Positions 58,822 to 64,000 of a stretch of DNA of 64,000 nt are shown here, one piece after another. A model generated the notes under the pieces. That model worked only from the letters and a program-made list of their open reading frames with translations, did no database searches and was not told the DNA's origin. The DNA comes from the human T2T-CHM13v2.0 reference genome, Homo sapiens. Numbering within the stretch: the stretch's first letter is position 1; each line of letters opens with the position of its first letter. The DNA is taken from assembly GCF_009914755.1 (NCBI RefSeq), contig NC_060934.1. One strand, written 5' to 3'. The translations under genes and the position numbers were made by a program.

Positions 58822-59191
58822 AAAAATACTCGGCAGCAATTTTCCCCAATGCTGTTGGGGAAAGCCAATAAACAAAGCTGCCATTGTGACATTTTATGAT
58901 GCACAGACTACATCAAGGAACGAGCTGGGGCCACAGGACATTCCCTGCCAAAGGTGTCAGACCTACAGACATTTCCATGATGCACAGGCTGCACCTGGAG
59001 ACACCTGAGAGAAACAGGAACCGAGCTAGACACTTGATAGACATTTACTCTGTAATCTCCATGTGACAAATCTGTAATAGAACAATCTTATTCCATTTCA
59101 CACACAAAGAACCTGAGGCTCACAGGAAATAAATTGTCCAAGGTCAAGTAACTGCAAGAAAATGGCAGAGCAATAGTTAAAATCAAGGTGT

Positions 59192-59505
59192 AGGCCAGGC
59201 ATGGTAGCTCATGCCTGTAATGCCAGCACTTTGGAGGCTGAGGTGGAAGGCTAGGAGTTTGAGACCAGCCTGGGCAACATAGCAAGATCCCACCCCTACA
59301 AAAAATAAATAAATAAATAAATAATTTTTTTAAAAAAGCTGGGTATGGTGGCATGCGTCTGTACTCCCTGAGACTCACTACTCAGGAGGCTGGTGCAGGA
59401 GGATCTCTTAAGCCCAGGAACTTGAAGCTGCAGTGAGCTATGATCACACCACTGTACTCCAGCCTGGGTGACAGAGTGAGACCCTATCTTTAAAAACAAC
59501 AACAT
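59192..59505 (+). mobile_element. AluJ
   Basis: Diverged dimer. Confidence 0.85.
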
Positions 59506-59525
59506 AAAACAAAACAGCTGCAATA

Positions 59526-59808
59526 GGATGGGCAGGGTGGCTCACGCCTGTAATCCCAACACTTTGGGAGGCCGAGACGGGTGGATCACCTGAGGTCGGG
59601 AGTTCAAGACCAGCCTGACCAACATGGAGAAACCCCATCTCTACTAAAAATACAAAATTAGCCGGGTGTGGTGGCACATGCCTGTAATCCCAGCTACTCG
59701 GGAGGCTGAGGCAGGAGAATCGCCTGAACCTGGGAGGCAGAAGTTGCGGTGAGCTGACTGGGCAACAAGAACAAAACTCTGTCTCAAAAACAAGCAAACA
59801 AACAAAAA
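59526..59808 (+). mobile_element. AluSp with 3' deletion
   Basis: GTCGGGAG, AACATGGAGAAACCCC, TTGCGGTGAG diagnostics. Confidence 0.88.
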
Positions 59809-60587
59809 CAGCAGCAATAAAAGACATGGTGCATCTGATTTCAAAGTCCTAAGGTTCCGTTCAATACCTATCCTTGCCTGTTTCCCCCAAGTCACGGCAT
59901 GAATGTCACTTCTCCTTTGAAACAGCCTCCTCCTGGCGAAGCTGCTACATAAAGTCTATAAAGCATTTTAATTATTTGGAGTAAGCGAACTTTAAAAACG
60001 TAAAGCCATATGGAATGAGGCCGCGGAACCACGGGACAGCTGCCCAGTTTGACTTTGGGTCCCTGTGAGAATTGGAAAGCAAATGTCAAAGAACAGATCT
60101 TGCCCTCTGGCACCCATGGATGTCACAAAAAATTCATGGAAACTCCTAGAGAAATTCCTCCACCTGTGTAAGACTTTTGTAACCCCAATATGTAAGTGCT
60201 AACCTGCGGCTGGCCACTGCGGTGGCCACACTGCTAATGCTGGTGCCCCACACTGTTCAGCCCCCCCATAAGGGACCCCTGAGGACCCTCACCTTCTGCC
60301 TCCCTCCTACCTGGGCAGCTGCTGTTCCCAGCTGGGGTTGCTGACACTTTGGGAACTGCACTGAACAGCAGATACAACATTCTGAGCTCCCCTGCAAACC
60401 CCTCGGTGAACCTGCTTCAGAGCTGGTGCCTGTCACATCTTACATCCCTCAGAGCCATCTCAGATGGCATGTCCTAAAATATCTATCTTCCCCTCCAAAA
60501 ATAATTTTTGTGCTCCTCTTTTTCCAGTACATCTCCAATCCTTTTCCCCTTCTTGTGGCTCCTCCCGCTTCCATGCTGATATAACTA

Positions 60588-61419
<832 letters not shown>

Positions 61420-61429
61420 CCTGCCTCAG

Positions 61430-61720
61430 GTCCCCTCCCTGGCTCTGACCTCCCGGGAGCTCTTCTAGGTTAGTTAAGTTATTCCTCTGAGCAGGCCTTT
61501 TGACTTCTCCAGGCAGTTAGGCCACTGCTCTGAAGTCCTGTTACACCCTAGGGGTCTTTAACTTTCATCGCCCTGTCACTGTTATTGATTGTCTGTCTGT
61601 CCCGCTGAACTCCTGGCCCTCTGAGGGCAGGAGCCCCACCTGTGCGGGCTGCTCCTCCATATCTCAACAGTGCCTGGCACAGAGCAGATGCTCCATCAAT
61701 GTCTGATGGGTGAGTGAGTG
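61430..61720 (+). mobile_element. L2 3' end
   Basis: CTCTGAGGGCAGG..CAGTGCCTGGCACAGAGCAGATGCTC. Confidence 0.7.
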
Positions 61721-61826
61721 ATCCTCTTAAAGAATGAAGATCTAATTCGGACTGATGCTGTCACAATGGTAATCATAAAATGTCCACAGATTTATGCAGT
61801 TCTTCACAGTTTAAAAAGTGCTTTCT

Positions 61827-62098
<272 letters not shown>

Positions 62099-62809
62099 GT
62101 GCTTTCGCATATATTATTTTTATAACCCTTTAAAGTGTGTGTTTCTTATAGAAGCCTTGCCTTTTTCAAATCTTTTATTCTTCCTAGAATATTTTTGCTT
62201 TGGAATTGGTATCAAGTCCCCTCTCCCTATAATTTTTCATTTAAAAAACTGACATTCATCTAGCCACTTTACCTAAGATCTCTTATTTAAAATTCAGAGA
62301 AGGTCTTATGATCCCAAATTTACACCTAAGAAAACTAAGGTCCTGTGGCTAGTGAAATAGAGGCCCCCCTGAGCCTGGGCTGTCTGCTTCCACAGTCTTG
62401 GTCTCCACAGTGAGCTACACTCACCTGTAGTCACTGGACATCTCCTGATGCGTCCTTCCAAGTCCATGTTACCGTTGGTAACCAGCCCACAGTCTAATTC
62501 CACCCTAGTCCTACTCACGCACTCACATGACAGGAGCATGGTAAACCAGAGACTTTCTAGATTTTCACTCTGTGCATTTCATCACTGGGCAAAATACATG
62601 TCATTTTAAATGTCCGCATTTTCATCAGAACCAAAACTGACAAGAATGAATGGTTTGGTTGAAGTTGCTTTTGTCGAAGCATATGGAAATGATCAATTTC
62701 TTCCCCAAAGTGGAAACATAGTTTGAATACAGAAATATAATCCAGTTCATCCGAAGGGCAGCTTCCCAGGCCCCAAGTGGCCCTCAGACCACACCTTGAC
62801 TGCTACTAG

Positions 62810-63128
<319 letters not shown>

Positions 63129-63383
63129 GATTTAGTAATGTTTTAGATTGACAAGACATGGGCCAGAATTGAAGCCAAGTTCGGACAACCCAAGTGTGGA
63201 TATCCCCCTTGGCTGTAATGCCAGTGGCTCTCACTGTGGGGAAGGGCATTTTTCCCTCCTGGGAGATACTGCAGGTGCTGCAGCACATTCGCCCCTTGAC
63301 TGTGGGCTTGGCACAGGGAGAGGCTCTCCGGGGCTAACCCTGAAGCCATCCCATGCTTTCTCTTATTTAAATGAATAAACGTT

Positions 63384-63797
<414 letters not shown>

Positions 63798-63804
63798 TCA
63801 TTAT

Positions 63805-64000
63805 GGGCAGGGCGAGGTGACTTACGCCTGTAATCCCAGCACTTTGGGAGGCTGAGGCAGGCAGATCATTTGAGGTCAGGAGTGTGAGACCAGCTTGACC
63901 TACATAGTGAAACCCCATCTCTACTAAAATACAAAAATTAGCTGGGCATGGCGGCAGGCACCTGTAATCCTAGCTACTCAGGAGGCTGAGGCAGGAGAAT
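63805..64000 (+). mobile_element. AluS, cut by window end
   Basis: Left arm and part of right arm. Confidence 0.88.

Noticed and set aside
60097-60115. CTCF-like TGCCCTCTGGCA (and GCGCCATC at ~34370)
   Set aside because: Lack the conserved CC end of the core motif; too weak to call

Overview
Primate (very probably human) non-coding genomic DNA. About 40 Alu copies or monomers are interleaved with L1, L2 and MIR fragments, ERV/MaLR solo LTRs (LTR12, LTR13, MER57A1, LTR8A, MST, MLT1, MLT2), a complete but heavily nested Tigger1 and several microsatellites. I found no credible protein-coding exon, tRNA/rRNA/snRNA gene or CRISPR-type system. The long ORFs in the track come from repeats, and the only recognisable protein is a Tigger1 transposase broken by stop codons. 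I cannot support a previously undescribed biological system. The strongest leads are: an 86-bp near-perfect palindrome (50292-50377); a dense CArG/SRF box cluster (58720-58821); a TSD-flanked orphan insertion whose tail is now (GATA)n (43890-44016); an L1 with both a likely 3' transduction and a twin-priming inversion inside Tigger1; double use of one target site by an L1 and an Alu; and a nested STR>MER57A1>LTR13 stack. Repeat subfamily names come from recalled consensus sequences and boundaries are approximate, so both need RepeatMasker/Dfam confirmation.
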